A stretch of 64,000 nucleotides of DNA, taken from IMG/VR virus record IMGVR_UViG_3300028027_000047, positions 1 to 64,000 of that record, one strand, 5' to 3'. Source of the DNA: a virus. The notes beneath the pieces were generated by a model. It had not been told where the DNA came from. It worked only from the letters and a program-made list of their open reading frames with translations, and did no database searches. This document shows, piece after piece, positions 10,302 to 18,618 of this stretch (within the stretch, counting starts at the first letter, position 1; every line of letters starts with the position of its first letter). The position numbers were made by a program, and so were the translations under genes.

Positions 10302-10856
10302 ATGTCAGATACTTCTGAAAAACCATATGAAGTTATTGATGGAATGATATTTCCTAAAATCCAGGAGTACCCAAAAGAACTTGGGGATTCCTGGATACAG
10401 GTGACTAAATTTAGTAATGACTCAGCGATGTATGGGGTTATTTCTTTATATCTTGATAATAAGCATGATAAAGGAACAACTATTTTTTCGTCTTTTATCA
10501 GAAACAAGCACCCAGATGCATATATATCATTTCAACCAACTGGCAACGTAGATAGAGTTTATACCTCACCAGACCTTAGAAAAAAAGGAATCCTAGCAGC
10601 ACTCGGTGGTTATGGAAGAAATTTAATATTCTATCCTTATGAAAAAATATTGCTAGACCACTCTAGATCGTCTAGTCCAGCCGCAGATGAAACGCATGCA
10701 AGAGCAATAGGTAAAGCATTAGGCATTAACAATAAAGATGAGGTAAGAGAAACTAAACATTTTTTAAAACCACAGATTTTATATGAAGTAGAAAAGTCTC
10801 CACCGAGAGACGCCATATATCCGTGCATATGGGCAGAGAAAAGAATATGGGAATAA
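10302..10856 (+). CDS. Putative GNAT-fold acyltransferase
   Basis: VDRVYTSPDLRKKGILAAL resembles the GNAT acetyl-CoA-binding motif A. Confidence 0.45.
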   Translation: MSDTSEKPYEVIDGMIFPKIQEYPKELGDSWIQVTKFSNDSAMYGVISLYLDNKHDKGTTIFSSFIRNKHPDAYISFQPTGNVDRVYTSPDLRKKGILAALGGYGRNLIFYPYEKILLDHSRSSSPAADETHARAIGKALGINNKDEVRETKHFLKPQILYEVEKSPPRDAIYPCIWAEKRIWE

Positions 10857-10857
10857 G

Positions 10858-11427
10858 ATGATTAAGAATATTATTAACATAAATAATGATTTATTGAAAA
10901 AAGATATCAATATAATTTTTTCTCAAATGAATGAAAAGATGCATATAGGTTCAAATGGTCTGCTTGTAAAATATTCTTTTGATAAAGAGTATTCATTTTT
11001 TAACGAAGATCAGTTTAATATTTTTACTACCTATAACAAGCAAATAAACCATATTTATCAAAATATAGCAAAATGCTTAAAAGAGCTAAATTTAGAATCT
11101 AAATTAAATTCAGAAAAAAGCATGCAGCATATTACTGGCAATCTGTTTTATGCTCACAGGTCTTTTAAAACACATGAGTATGATTATGTTTCATCACTTC
11201 CTGGATGCTATTTTGGATTATATGTAATAGATTCTAACAATTCTACAATATATATTAATGATGAAGAAACAAATCTAAATGATAAAGACCTTCTAATAAT
11301 TAGTGGAAATAAAAAAATTAACTTTAAAGACTTAGGTGAAAACTTTAATGCAATTGAATTTTATATTATGCCACTACATTATTTAAACGGACAATATTAC
11401 CAAAAATGGTGTCCAGTTATATGCTAA
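10858..11427 (+). CDS. Degenerate paralog of the cupin/2OG-oxygenase-like proteins 14141..14791 and 15612..16247
   Basis: Shares the FN.F..Y...IY..I, F.G.Y and terminal Q.W.P motifs but lacks HDH...H. Confidence 0.55.
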   Translation: MIKNIININNDLLKKDINIIFSQMNEKMHIGSNGLLVKYSFDKEYSFFNEDQFNIFTTYNKQINHIYQNIAKCLKELNLESKLNSEKSMQHITGNLFYAHRSFKTHEYDYVSSLPGCYFGLYVIDSNNSTIYINDEETNLNDKDLLIISGNKKINFKDLGENFNAIEFYIMPLHYLNGQYYQKWCPVIC

Positions 11428-12014
11428 AAAAATCTAAAGAAAATTTTCATTTTAAATATATAAATATATTTAATATAGATAATTTGCAGAATATTGTAAA
11501 AAATATTACCTTTGACAAAAATCAATCAGAGTATGACAGAAGAGACAGTACCTTTTCTGGTGCTCTCGGCGGATCTAGAAATGTTTATGATAGCGTAACG
11601 CCAATAACTATAAATGAAACTAATTTAAGCTGGACATACGGAGAAGATATACACTCAGATCAAAAATGCGACATTGCCTTGGCAGAAGAGATAGATCCGA
11701 TAATTAAACATTTAGAAAAACATGTAAACGGCAAAGTTGCTGAAGTTTCTTTAAATAATTTAAAAGCAGGAAACAATATAATTGGTCACTACGACACAGG
11801 GGACTACTATGAATACATGAGAAGATTCCACATACCTCTAGAAACAAATCCAGATGTTGTTTTCCATATCGAAAAGTCCTCTGTAATGATGTCTATTGGA
11901 CAATGCTGGGAAGTTAATAATGCAAAATATCACTCTGTTCGAAATGATGGGGAGTATGATAGAATACACTTAGTAGTTGACATTATGCCAAATGAAGCCA
12001 TGAGAAAAGAATGA
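11421..12014 (+). CDS. Aspartyl/asparaginyl beta-hydroxylase-like 2OG-Fe(II) oxygenase
   Basis: HxD (IGHYD), RFHIPLETN, GQCWEVNNAKYHSVRN, DRIHLVVD. Confidence 0.85.
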   Translation: MLKKSKENFHFKYINIFNIDNLQNIVKNITFDKNQSEYDRRDSTFSGALGGSRNVYDSVTPITINETNLSWTYGEDIHSDQKCDIALAEEIDPIIKHLEKHVNGKVAEVSLNNLKAGNNIIGHYDTGDYYEYMRRFHIPLETNPDVVFHIEKSSVMMSIGQCWEVNNAKYHSVRNDGEYDRIHLVVDIMPNEAMRKE

Positions 12015-12015
12015 T

Positions 12016-12732
12016 ATGAAAAAAATAGAATTTTTCCCCAAGAGAAAAGATTTTGCCGAAGTCTTTCCCCAGCCAATACCAATTGTATCCTCAATGCCAT
12101 CCTGGTGGAAAACACAGCCATCTATTCTTGATAATAGCCAGAATCCAGTAAGTGGAGTTTTAAAGTTAACTGTAAAAAAATGCCAAGCAGTTTTTGATTC
12201 GATGACTGCGGGATACTACTTGCTATGCCCAGTAGATATTCATATAGATGCCACTGGGCCTAGGCTGCAAATTCAAATACCAATAAGTCAGTTTTCTCAA
12301 TATGGAGAAATAATAGCTCACCATACGCCAGAGCAAGTTGAAAAATATCCAAAAAAAGAATATTATCACCCTGAAGTGTTAAGGGTTCATCCAATGTGGC
12401 TAGTTCATACTCCTAAAAACTATAGCGCTCTATTTATCGAACCAATACACTCAGATGGAATACCCATACACTCTATTCCAGGAATTATTGATACAGATGC
12501 ATATATATCAGACGGGTACCTATCATTTTTTGTAGAAAAGGGTTTTAAGGGAACAATTAAGCAAGGAACACCAATAATTCAAGTCCTTCCATTTAAAAGA
12601 GATAGCTGGACAAGCTTCATTACAAAAGATAAAAATTCAGATAACACCATATTAAGCCAGCAATTAAAAGTAAGAACTGTTTTTCAAAATGGGTATAGGC
12701 TGAAGTTCTGGACAAAGAAAATATTTAAATAA
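12016..12732 (+). CDS. DUF6065-like protein (dUTPase-like fold), commonly found beside phage 2OG oxygenases
   Basis: MPSWWK, TVKKCQAVFDSMTAGY, W...TPKNYSALF..P, PGIIDTD, IKQGTPIIQVLPFKRDSW. Confidence 0.6.
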   Translation: MKKIEFFPKRKDFAEVFPQPIPIVSSMPSWWKTQPSILDNSQNPVSGVLKLTVKKCQAVFDSMTAGYYLLCPVDIHIDATGPRLQIQIPISQFSQYGEIIAHHTPEQVEKYPKKEYYHPEVLRVHPMWLVHTPKNYSALFIEPIHSDGIPIHSIPGIIDTDAYISDGYLSFFVEKGFKGTIKQGTPIIQVLPFKRDSWTSFITKDKNSDNTILSQQLKVRTVFQNGYRLKFWTKKIFK

Positions 12733-13373
12733 TGTTAGAGCAATCCCAGTCCTGGATTGAGATGCAAGATCTTAATTTTATTGATATATCTAGCAAGTCG
12801 CTACTTCCTCCAAAATGGAAAAACTGGTCTTTTGTTTTATCTGAGCATAAAGATGATCCTATTAAGCCAATCAACATGTATTCTGGAATATTTGGAGAAA
12901 GGCCGAAATTAATTTCAATTAAAGAAAACGTCATTACTTTAGAGCAGCACACCTACTCAGACATATACCTATTAATTAATTTTGATAAAAGCATATATGC
13001 AATAGATAAAGCACACCAAAGACAATTTTATATGTCTAGGAATAAATATAATATTGATAGTACTGGCATGCTGTCAAACCAATGCTTTAGAATGTTTATG
13101 CCATGGATAGTAGACTATAATGTGGACGCAAAGATTTACTCAGATAAACCAACATCGTTTAACATAATGCCAAAAGAAGTTAAGTTTTTTAAAAGAAACC
13201 CAGATCTGGATCAACAAGATACAGAGTTTATAGATTTTTATTTTACCAATAGCCCAGAGCACATGATTGAAAATGATTGTGGGATAATAGAAAAAGGATC
13301 TTACATTTATACAATTTCTTTTATAGCAGATGACATTCTTTTAAAACAAATACAGGAAATGTATGACAAATAA
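12732..13373 (+). CDS. Hypothetical protein, possibly a diverged DUF6065-like paralog
   Basis: Coupled ORF. FMPWIVD and GIIEKGSYIY echo the PW and IxKGTP motifs of its neighbours. Confidence 0.5.
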   Translation: MLEQSQSWIEMQDLNFIDISSKSLLPPKWKNWSFVLSEHKDDPIKPINMYSGIFGERPKLISIKENVITLEQHTYSDIYLLINFDKSIYAIDKAHQRQFYMSRNKYNIDSTGMLSNQCFRMFMPWIVDYNVDAKIYSDKPTSFNIMPKEVKFFKRNPDLDQQDTEFIDFYFTNSPEHMIENDCGIIEKGSYIYTISFIADDILLKQIQEMYDK

Positions 13374-14091
13374 ACTAAAAATTATTTTTAGCCCGTCAGC
13401 AATTGAGCTAAAGGACAGTCTCCTTCAACCAGAGCCAGCAATTAAATTTATTCCTGAGTGGTATAAAAAAATATCTAGATTTTATAAAAACAATACCATT
13501 TCCTCATTAAATCCAATTAACGACAGAGGAACAGATGGAAGCGCATCCTCGACCAAACTGTGTATGCCATTTTTTGATGCAATTACTTCTGGTTATATAT
13601 ATAGGCTGGACACAGATGTTGAAGTGTCTTTGGACGATAACGGGAAACCAATTTTAAATTGGGGCGGAGATGTAATGGTTTGCGATAAAAGATTGATGAT
13701 AGATGTCGCAGTACCGTACCAGCATCACCCAGTACATTTTGGATTTAAAATGCATTGGTATTATGAGACACCCCCAGGCTATTCTTTGTTGATTACACAC
13801 CCAATGAATAGACACGATCTTCCGTTTACTGTTCTGTCTGGAATTGTCGACTCAGACATATGGGGCTTGCCAGTGTTCATATCATTTTTTGTAAAAAGAA
13901 ATTTTGTTGGCATTATTCCAAAAGGGACCCCTTTATTCCAAATGATCCCAATTAAAAGGGATGAGTGGGAAATGGAAATAGATTACTCTGTAAAGAAACA
14001 TTTAATCAATAAGGTTGATGAAGAGAGAAGAAGATCTAAGATATTTGCATATTATAAAAGCCACGCCTGGAGAAGAAAGAAATACGAATAG
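13363..14091 (+). CDS. DUF6065-like protein, paralog of 12016..12732
   Basis: IPEWYK, TKLCMPFFDAITSGY, TPPGYSLLITHPMNR, GIVDSD, IPKGTPLFQMIPIKRDEW. Confidence 0.6.
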   Translation: MTNKLKIIFSPSAIELKDSLLQPEPAIKFIPEWYKKISRFYKNNTISSLNPINDRGTDGSASSTKLCMPFFDAITSGYIYRLDTDVEVSLDDNGKPILNWGGDVMVCDKRLMIDVAVPYQHHPVHFGFKMHWYYETPPGYSLLITHPMNRHDLPFTVLSGIVDSDIWGLPVFISFFVKRNFVGIIPKGTPLFQMIPIKRDEWEMEIDYSVKKHLINKVDEERRRSKIFAYYKSHAWRRKKYE

Positions 14092-14093
14092 CA

Positions 14094-14122
14094 TTGCAAT
14101 TATTTACATTAAATGCTAACAT
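14094..14122 (+). promoter_or_regulatory. Sigma-70-type promoter
   Basis: TTGCAA, 17-bp spacer, TAACAT with extended TG; AAGGAG SD downstream. Confidence 0.5.
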
Positions 14123-14140
14123 ATATATAAGGAGACTAAA

Positions 14141-14791
14141 ATGAATAATAATTATCAATTACCACCCCACCCAACAGGTGCAGAGCATAAATTTTTTGAA
14201 AGGTATTTAGACAATGACCTAGATTCTTTATCTGATTTCTTGCAAAAACAATACGGAAGAATTGAAAGGCGTGAGCTACCAGGAACTACTGCTGTTACTG
14301 AAAAAGATGCATGGCTATCTTCTTCAAGTGTTTCAACAATTAAGTGGACTGAGTATAATGTATTTCAGTTTTACGATAAGGGTATTTATAATTTATATAA
14401 AAACATTTCTGATGTCGTTAAAGAGGCTTGCGAATACTACAAAGTTAATTTTGAAGATCAGAAATATATGATCCAAGGATGGTTCAACATAAACCACAAC
14501 AAAAAAGGAAGATTGGATTGGCATGACCATGGAGGACCGTGGGCGCCATATTTTCACGGATACTATTGCGTAAAGGCTGAACCATCAACGACATGGTATA
14601 AAGTTTTTGACAAAGATGTTCCAAATGAAAATAAAGACAATAGACTTATTATATCTGAAATGGGTCATCCACATGCAATGCAAGACTGGGACTGGGAAGG
14701 CCCAAGAATAACAATAGCCTATGACATAGTTCCACTAAGCAATTTAATTGCAATAGACGCACAACCACAACATTGGATACCTTTGCTATAA
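14141..14791 (+). CDS. Cupin/2OG-Fe(II) oxygenase-like protein (HxH...H type)
   Basis: QGWFN...WHDH...FHGYYCV...HPHAM...RITIAYD double-stranded beta-helix pattern. Confidence 0.7.
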   Translation: MNNNYQLPPHPTGAEHKFFERYLDNDLDSLSDFLQKQYGRIERRELPGTTAVTEKDAWLSSSSVSTIKWTEYNVFQFYDKGIYNLYKNISDVVKEACEYYKVNFEDQKYMIQGWFNINHNKKGRLDWHDHGGPWAPYFHGYYCVKAEPSTTWYKVFDKDVPNENKDNRLIISEMGHPHAMQDWDWEGPRITIAYDIVPLSNLIAIDAQPQHWIPLL

Positions 14792-15612
14792 TGTCAACAA
14801 TTGCTTTATTTATATATAGTTTTCAAAATAACGATTTGATTAATGTCGTTAATGATATTATAAGTAAATCTAGCGGTAACAATATTATAGCGATTTCTAT
14901 AATAGATCAAAATTCAATAAACCATTATAAAAAATTTAATATAAGACAAAAAAATATTTATATGAATTATCAGCACAAAGTTTGGGACGCAATAGATAGC
15001 CCAATAAAATATAAAAAACATTTTTTAGATTCCATAAATACTGACTATGCAATGATATGTTCAGACGGAATTAATTTATGCGACCAGTGGGACATGGTCC
15101 TAATAGATAGCATAAATAAAAAAGATTTTATTTTGTCTGGCAATGCGATCAAATCTCTGGAGGTATATAATGATATGGTGTATAAAACACAATCAGTCTA
15201 TAGTGATGAATACGCTTTATCAAATAATATAGATAGGTCATTTATTTTTGGCAAAACAGAATTATTAAAAAAGATCGATTGGCCAGTGCAGCTAAAATAT
15301 TATGGAGAAGAAGAGGTTCTATATATGTCTTGTGTAAAAAATAATATACAAGTTCATAAGGTGCCCACTTATATCTATAAAGACAGCGGCAAAAAACTTA
15401 ACGAATACGACTATGTGCCATTTTCTTTAACCCATAAATACAACACTATAATAAAACAAATTGATGAATACAATATAAAAGACAATATTATATTTAATAA
15501 TTTAAAAGAAATAAAATATCAAAATGATGATGTAGAGTATGACCCGTTCGAATCAGATTTTAATAAAATTGCAGGAGAAAGATACTTAAATAAAACAAGG
15601 AGCATAGATTAA
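14791..15612 (+). CDS. GT60/GlcNAc-transferase-like glycosyltransferase (GT-A fold), with diverged catalytic motifs
   Basis: TIALFIYSF, IIDQ, DY..I.SD...WD..LI, FIFG and YYGEE match the order of Skp1 Hyp-GlcNAc transferase-family motifs. The canonical DSH reads CSD/SDG here. Confidence 0.55.
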   Translation: MSTIALFIYSFQNNDLINVVNDIISKSSGNNIIAISIIDQNSINHYKKFNIRQKNIYMNYQHKVWDAIDSPIKYKKHFLDSINTDYAMICSDGINLCDQWDMVLIDSINKKDFILSGNAIKSLEVYNDMVYKTQSVYSDEYALSNNIDRSFIFGKTELLKKIDWPVQLKYYGEEEVLYMSCVKNNIQVHKVPTYIYKDSGKKLNEYDYVPFSLTHKYNTIIKQIDEYNIKDNIIFNNLKEIKYQNDDVEYDPFESDFNKIAGERYLNKTRSID

Positions 15613-16247
15613 TGAGCATAGAGCATAGATTTTTTGAAAAACATTTAAACAATGACTTAGATTCATTGTATAATTTTTTAATGTCCAAAAAGGAAGATAT
15701 TAAAAATGAGTCATTAGAAGGAATAGATTTATCAAAAGCTCCCAAGCACTATTTTGAAAATTATAATCCGCAAAGAGTTGATTTCATGTTCAATGTATTC
15801 CAGTTCTATAATCCAGAGATATACAACCTGTATGTCGGCCTCAGAGATCTCACAAAAGAGGCTTGCCAACACTATGGCCTTGATTTTGAAAAAGAAAAGT
15901 TTATGATTCATGGATGGTTTAATTCAGATAACGGGAAAAAAGAGATTGACCTTAATAATGAAAACCTTTATCACGATCACTCTGGTGGTACTGGTGCGCC
16001 ATATTTTCATGGATATTACTGCGTAAAGGCTGAGCCATCAAGTACGTATTATAAAATAAATAGAGATAGGCCTTTTGAAAATATAAATATAAACAACCGT
16101 GCTATTATTTCTGAGACTGGGCACCCACATGCAATAGGGGTATGGGATCAGCCAGAACAAAGAGTTACAATTGCATATGATATAACACCGCTTTCAATGA
16201 TATCTGGCGGCGGTTACCCAGAACAAAGGTGGATACCACTAGCATGA
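15612..16247 (+). CDS. Cupin/2OG-Fe(II) oxygenase-like protein, paralog of 14141..14791
   Basis: EHRFFE..L.NDLDSL, FNVFQFY, YHDH, APYFHGYYCVKAEPS, GHPHA. Confidence 0.7.
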   Translation: MSIEHRFFEKHLNNDLDSLYNFLMSKKEDIKNESLEGIDLSKAPKHYFENYNPQRVDFMFNVFQFYNPEIYNLYVGLRDLTKEACQHYGLDFEKEKFMIHGWFNSDNGKKEIDLNNENLYHDHSGGTGAPYFHGYYCVKAEPSSTYYKINRDRPFENININNRAIISETGHPHAIGVWDQPEQRVTIAYDITPLSMISGGGYPEQRWIPLA

Positions 16248-16786
16248 AGATAAAAATAATTGAAGATTTTATTACTGATTACGACGCACATTCATTGATA
16301 TCTGAAATAAATAACCCATCATCCGTAAATGAATACCCAGACTACTATGCTGATAGAAATGGCGGAACGGCATTCCCATACAACAATACAGTGATAAGCA
16401 TACTTAGAAAGTATGCAAAGGAAGCTAATTTAATTCAAAAAGAATTTTTTGAAACAGACAGGGATGTAATAATTACTAAGTCTTTTGGTTCTGGATGGGG
16501 CCCAGGTATGAGCGGAAACCCACACATAGACGCAATAGAAAAAGAGCCTTTTATAGAATATAGCTCTGTAATATATCTTAATGATGGGTACACTGGAGGA
16601 GACATATACTTTCCAAAACAAAACTTTACGCATAGCCCTAAAAAGTACTCAGCAATATTTTTTCCAGGAAACGACTATGAGTATTTGCATGGTGTTTCAA
16701 AAATTGAAACTGGCAACAGGTACACAGCACTCTTTATGCAATCAACGCAAAAAGAATTTATGGATCCAGATTTTGAGGGATGTTAA
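16244..16786 (+). CDS. Prolyl-4-hydroxylase-like 2OG-Fe(II) oxygenase
   Basis: HID...YSSVIYLNDGYTGG.IYF...AIFFPG...YLHGV..IETGNRYT. Confidence 0.85.
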   Translation: MKIKIIEDFITDYDAHSLISEINNPSSVNEYPDYYADRNGGTAFPYNNTVISILRKYAKEANLIQKEFFETDRDVIITKSFGSGWGPGMSGNPHIDAIEKEPFIEYSSVIYLNDGYTGGDIYFPKQNFTHSPKKYSAIFFPGNDYEYLHGVSKIETGNRYTALFMQSTQKEFMDPDFEGC

Positions 16787-17439
16787 TGGAATTTAAACAG
16801 CTTGCATTGGGCGTAGTTCAGTATAATGGGATAATTAAAAGCCCACAACTTATTATTGATAAGATTGAAGATTTAGAAATAAAAAGACAGGAAGACCCTT
16901 CTTACAAATCAGAGTTTGTTAAAGAATGGACTGCCTGGGATTATGATCATGGCGGACCAGAGAAAACTGTTTTTTGCTGGCAAAAGTTTTTACCAAAACC
17001 AGAAGATATTAGTTTAGATGACAAGTTTTACAAAGAGCAACACTTCATATCGTCAGAGCTTTTTGGTTCTTTAGAAACAGCTCTAAAACATTACTTTACA
17101 ATTTACCCTTATGCTGAAAAAAATATTAAGGCTAGAGAAAAAACAATGCACGTTTTAAAGTACAAGGAAAGCGGATTCCTCCCAGCTCATTCTGACCACG
17201 GAATTAGCAGTAGGGTTTTATCTGCACTTCTTTATTTAAACGATGATTACGAAGGAGGGACGTTAAGGTTTCCACACCTTGGCCTTGAGCTAAAGCCACA
17301 GGCAGGCACAATATTGTTTTTCCCATCAAACTTTGTGTATGTCCATGAAGTAGATGCAGTTACTTCTGGCACAAGGTATTCCCTGCCAAATTGGTATCAT
17401 AATAGAAAGCACCCCTACTACTCAGATGGCACTGAGTAG
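16786..17439 (+). CDS. Prolyl-4-hydroxylase-like 2OG-Fe(II) oxygenase
   Basis: HSD...RVLSALLYLNDDYEGG.L.FP...KPQAG..LFFPSNFVYVHEV..VTSGTRYS. Confidence 0.9.
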   Translation: MEFKQLALGVVQYNGIIKSPQLIIDKIEDLEIKRQEDPSYKSEFVKEWTAWDYDHGGPEKTVFCWQKFLPKPEDISLDDKFYKEQHFISSELFGSLETALKHYFTIYPYAEKNIKAREKTMHVLKYKESGFLPAHSDHGISSRVLSALLYLNDDYEGGTLRFPHLGLELKPQAGTILFFPSNFVYVHEVDAVTSGTRYSLPNWYHNRKHPYYSDGTE

Positions 17440-17444
17440 TTTTA

Positions 17445-17453
17445 TGGTATAAT
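17445..17453 (+). promoter_or_regulatory. Extended -10 promoter, probably leaderless transcript
   Basis: TGGTATAAT lies 6 nt before ATG 17460; no SD. Confidence 0.6.
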
Positions 17454-17459
17454 TAAAAA

Positions 17460-18611
17460 ATGGCTACTACAGGTATAAACGGTTGGCACTTCCCAACATA
17501 CACGGACTCCCCAGACGTACCTAGAGATCTAGGTGTTCTTGGTGCAGATATAGCTGCATTTATTGCAGCAAACCCTGGACCACAAGGATCATCAGGACCA
17601 GCAAATGTTATAACGGTTGCTGCCACAAACACTATTGCTCCAGGACAAAATGCTTCAGTAACTATTAGCGGAACGTCCCCATCTCAATCATTAACATTTA
17701 ATATTCCAAGAGGTGTAGATGGCGTTTTAGGCGGACCAGGACCAGCAAACGTATTAAGTGTTGGAACCGTGGCATCAGGAGCTTCTGGAACACAACCGCA
17801 GGTAACTATAACAGGAACTGCCCCCTCTCAAACAATAAATTTTACAATTCCTCGTGGAGATACTGGATTGACTGGAATTACTGGCGCAACAGGCGCTACT
17901 GGTCCCAAAGGTGATGCGGCAGCAACAATAACAGTCGCTCCAACAGTCACAACATCAGCAGCTGGCACAAATGCGGAAGTAACAAATTCTGGAACATCTA
18001 GCGATGTAATTTTAAACTTTACAATACCTCGTGGAGCAGACGGATTGCCTGGAGCAGATGGAGCTCCTGGAGCTCCTGGAGCAACAGGACCAGCTGGAAC
18101 AAATGCAAACATTGATCCAATCGCTACAAGAATCTCATTAAACTTTTCAGCAACAGATCTTTCACCAGTTGGAGTTAATTCAAACTGGTTTCCACTGTCT
18201 AACAACACATTCACCTTGGGTCTCATGGGACCGCTAAACGCAGGACCCCCAGAGCAGCGTACAACAAGAGGCTGGAAAAATATATATTCGAATAACAGTG
18301 CCACAACAATTTCTGATGCAAGAACAAAAGAAAACATAGCCACATCAGATCTAGGGCTAGATTTTATAAATGATTTGCATCCTGTTAAATATAATAAAAT
18401 TGAAGGAAATAGAACACACTACGGTTTAATTGCACAAGAAGTCAAATCAGTAGTAGATGCTTCTGGGGTTGCCGATTTTGGTGGATGGCTAATATCTGAT
18501 GTTAATGATTTAGAAGGACAGCAAGCGCTAAGATATGAAGAGTTTATATCCCCATTAATTAAAGCGGTGCAAGAGCTTACAGCAAGAGTAAAAATACTAG
18601 AAGAGCAGTAG
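17460..18611 (+). CDS. Collagen-like tail fibre with a C-terminal intramolecular chaperone (peptidase S74)
   Basis: Gly-X-Y tracts and three NF.IPRG motifs; SDARTKENI...LGLDFINDLHPVKY...HYGLIAQEV...LIKAVQEL. Confidence 0.85.
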   Translation: MATTGINGWHFPTYTDSPDVPRDLGVLGADIAAFIAANPGPQGSSGPANVITVAATNTIAPGQNASVTISGTSPSQSLTFNIPRGVDGVLGGPGPANVLSVGTVASGASGTQPQVTITGTAPSQTINFTIPRGDTGLTGITGATGATGPKGDAAATITVAPTVTTSAAGTNAEVTNSGTSSDVILNFTIPRGADGLPGADGAPGAPGATGPAGTNANIDPIATRISLNFSATDLSPVGVNSNWFPLSNNTFTLGLMGPLNAGPPEQRTTRGWKNIYSNNSATTISDARTKENIATSDLGLDFINDLHPVKYNKIEGNRTHYGLIAQEVKSVVDASGVADFGGWLISDVNDLEGQQALRYEEFISPLIKAVQELTARVKILEEQ

Positions 18612-18618
18612 GTCCTGG

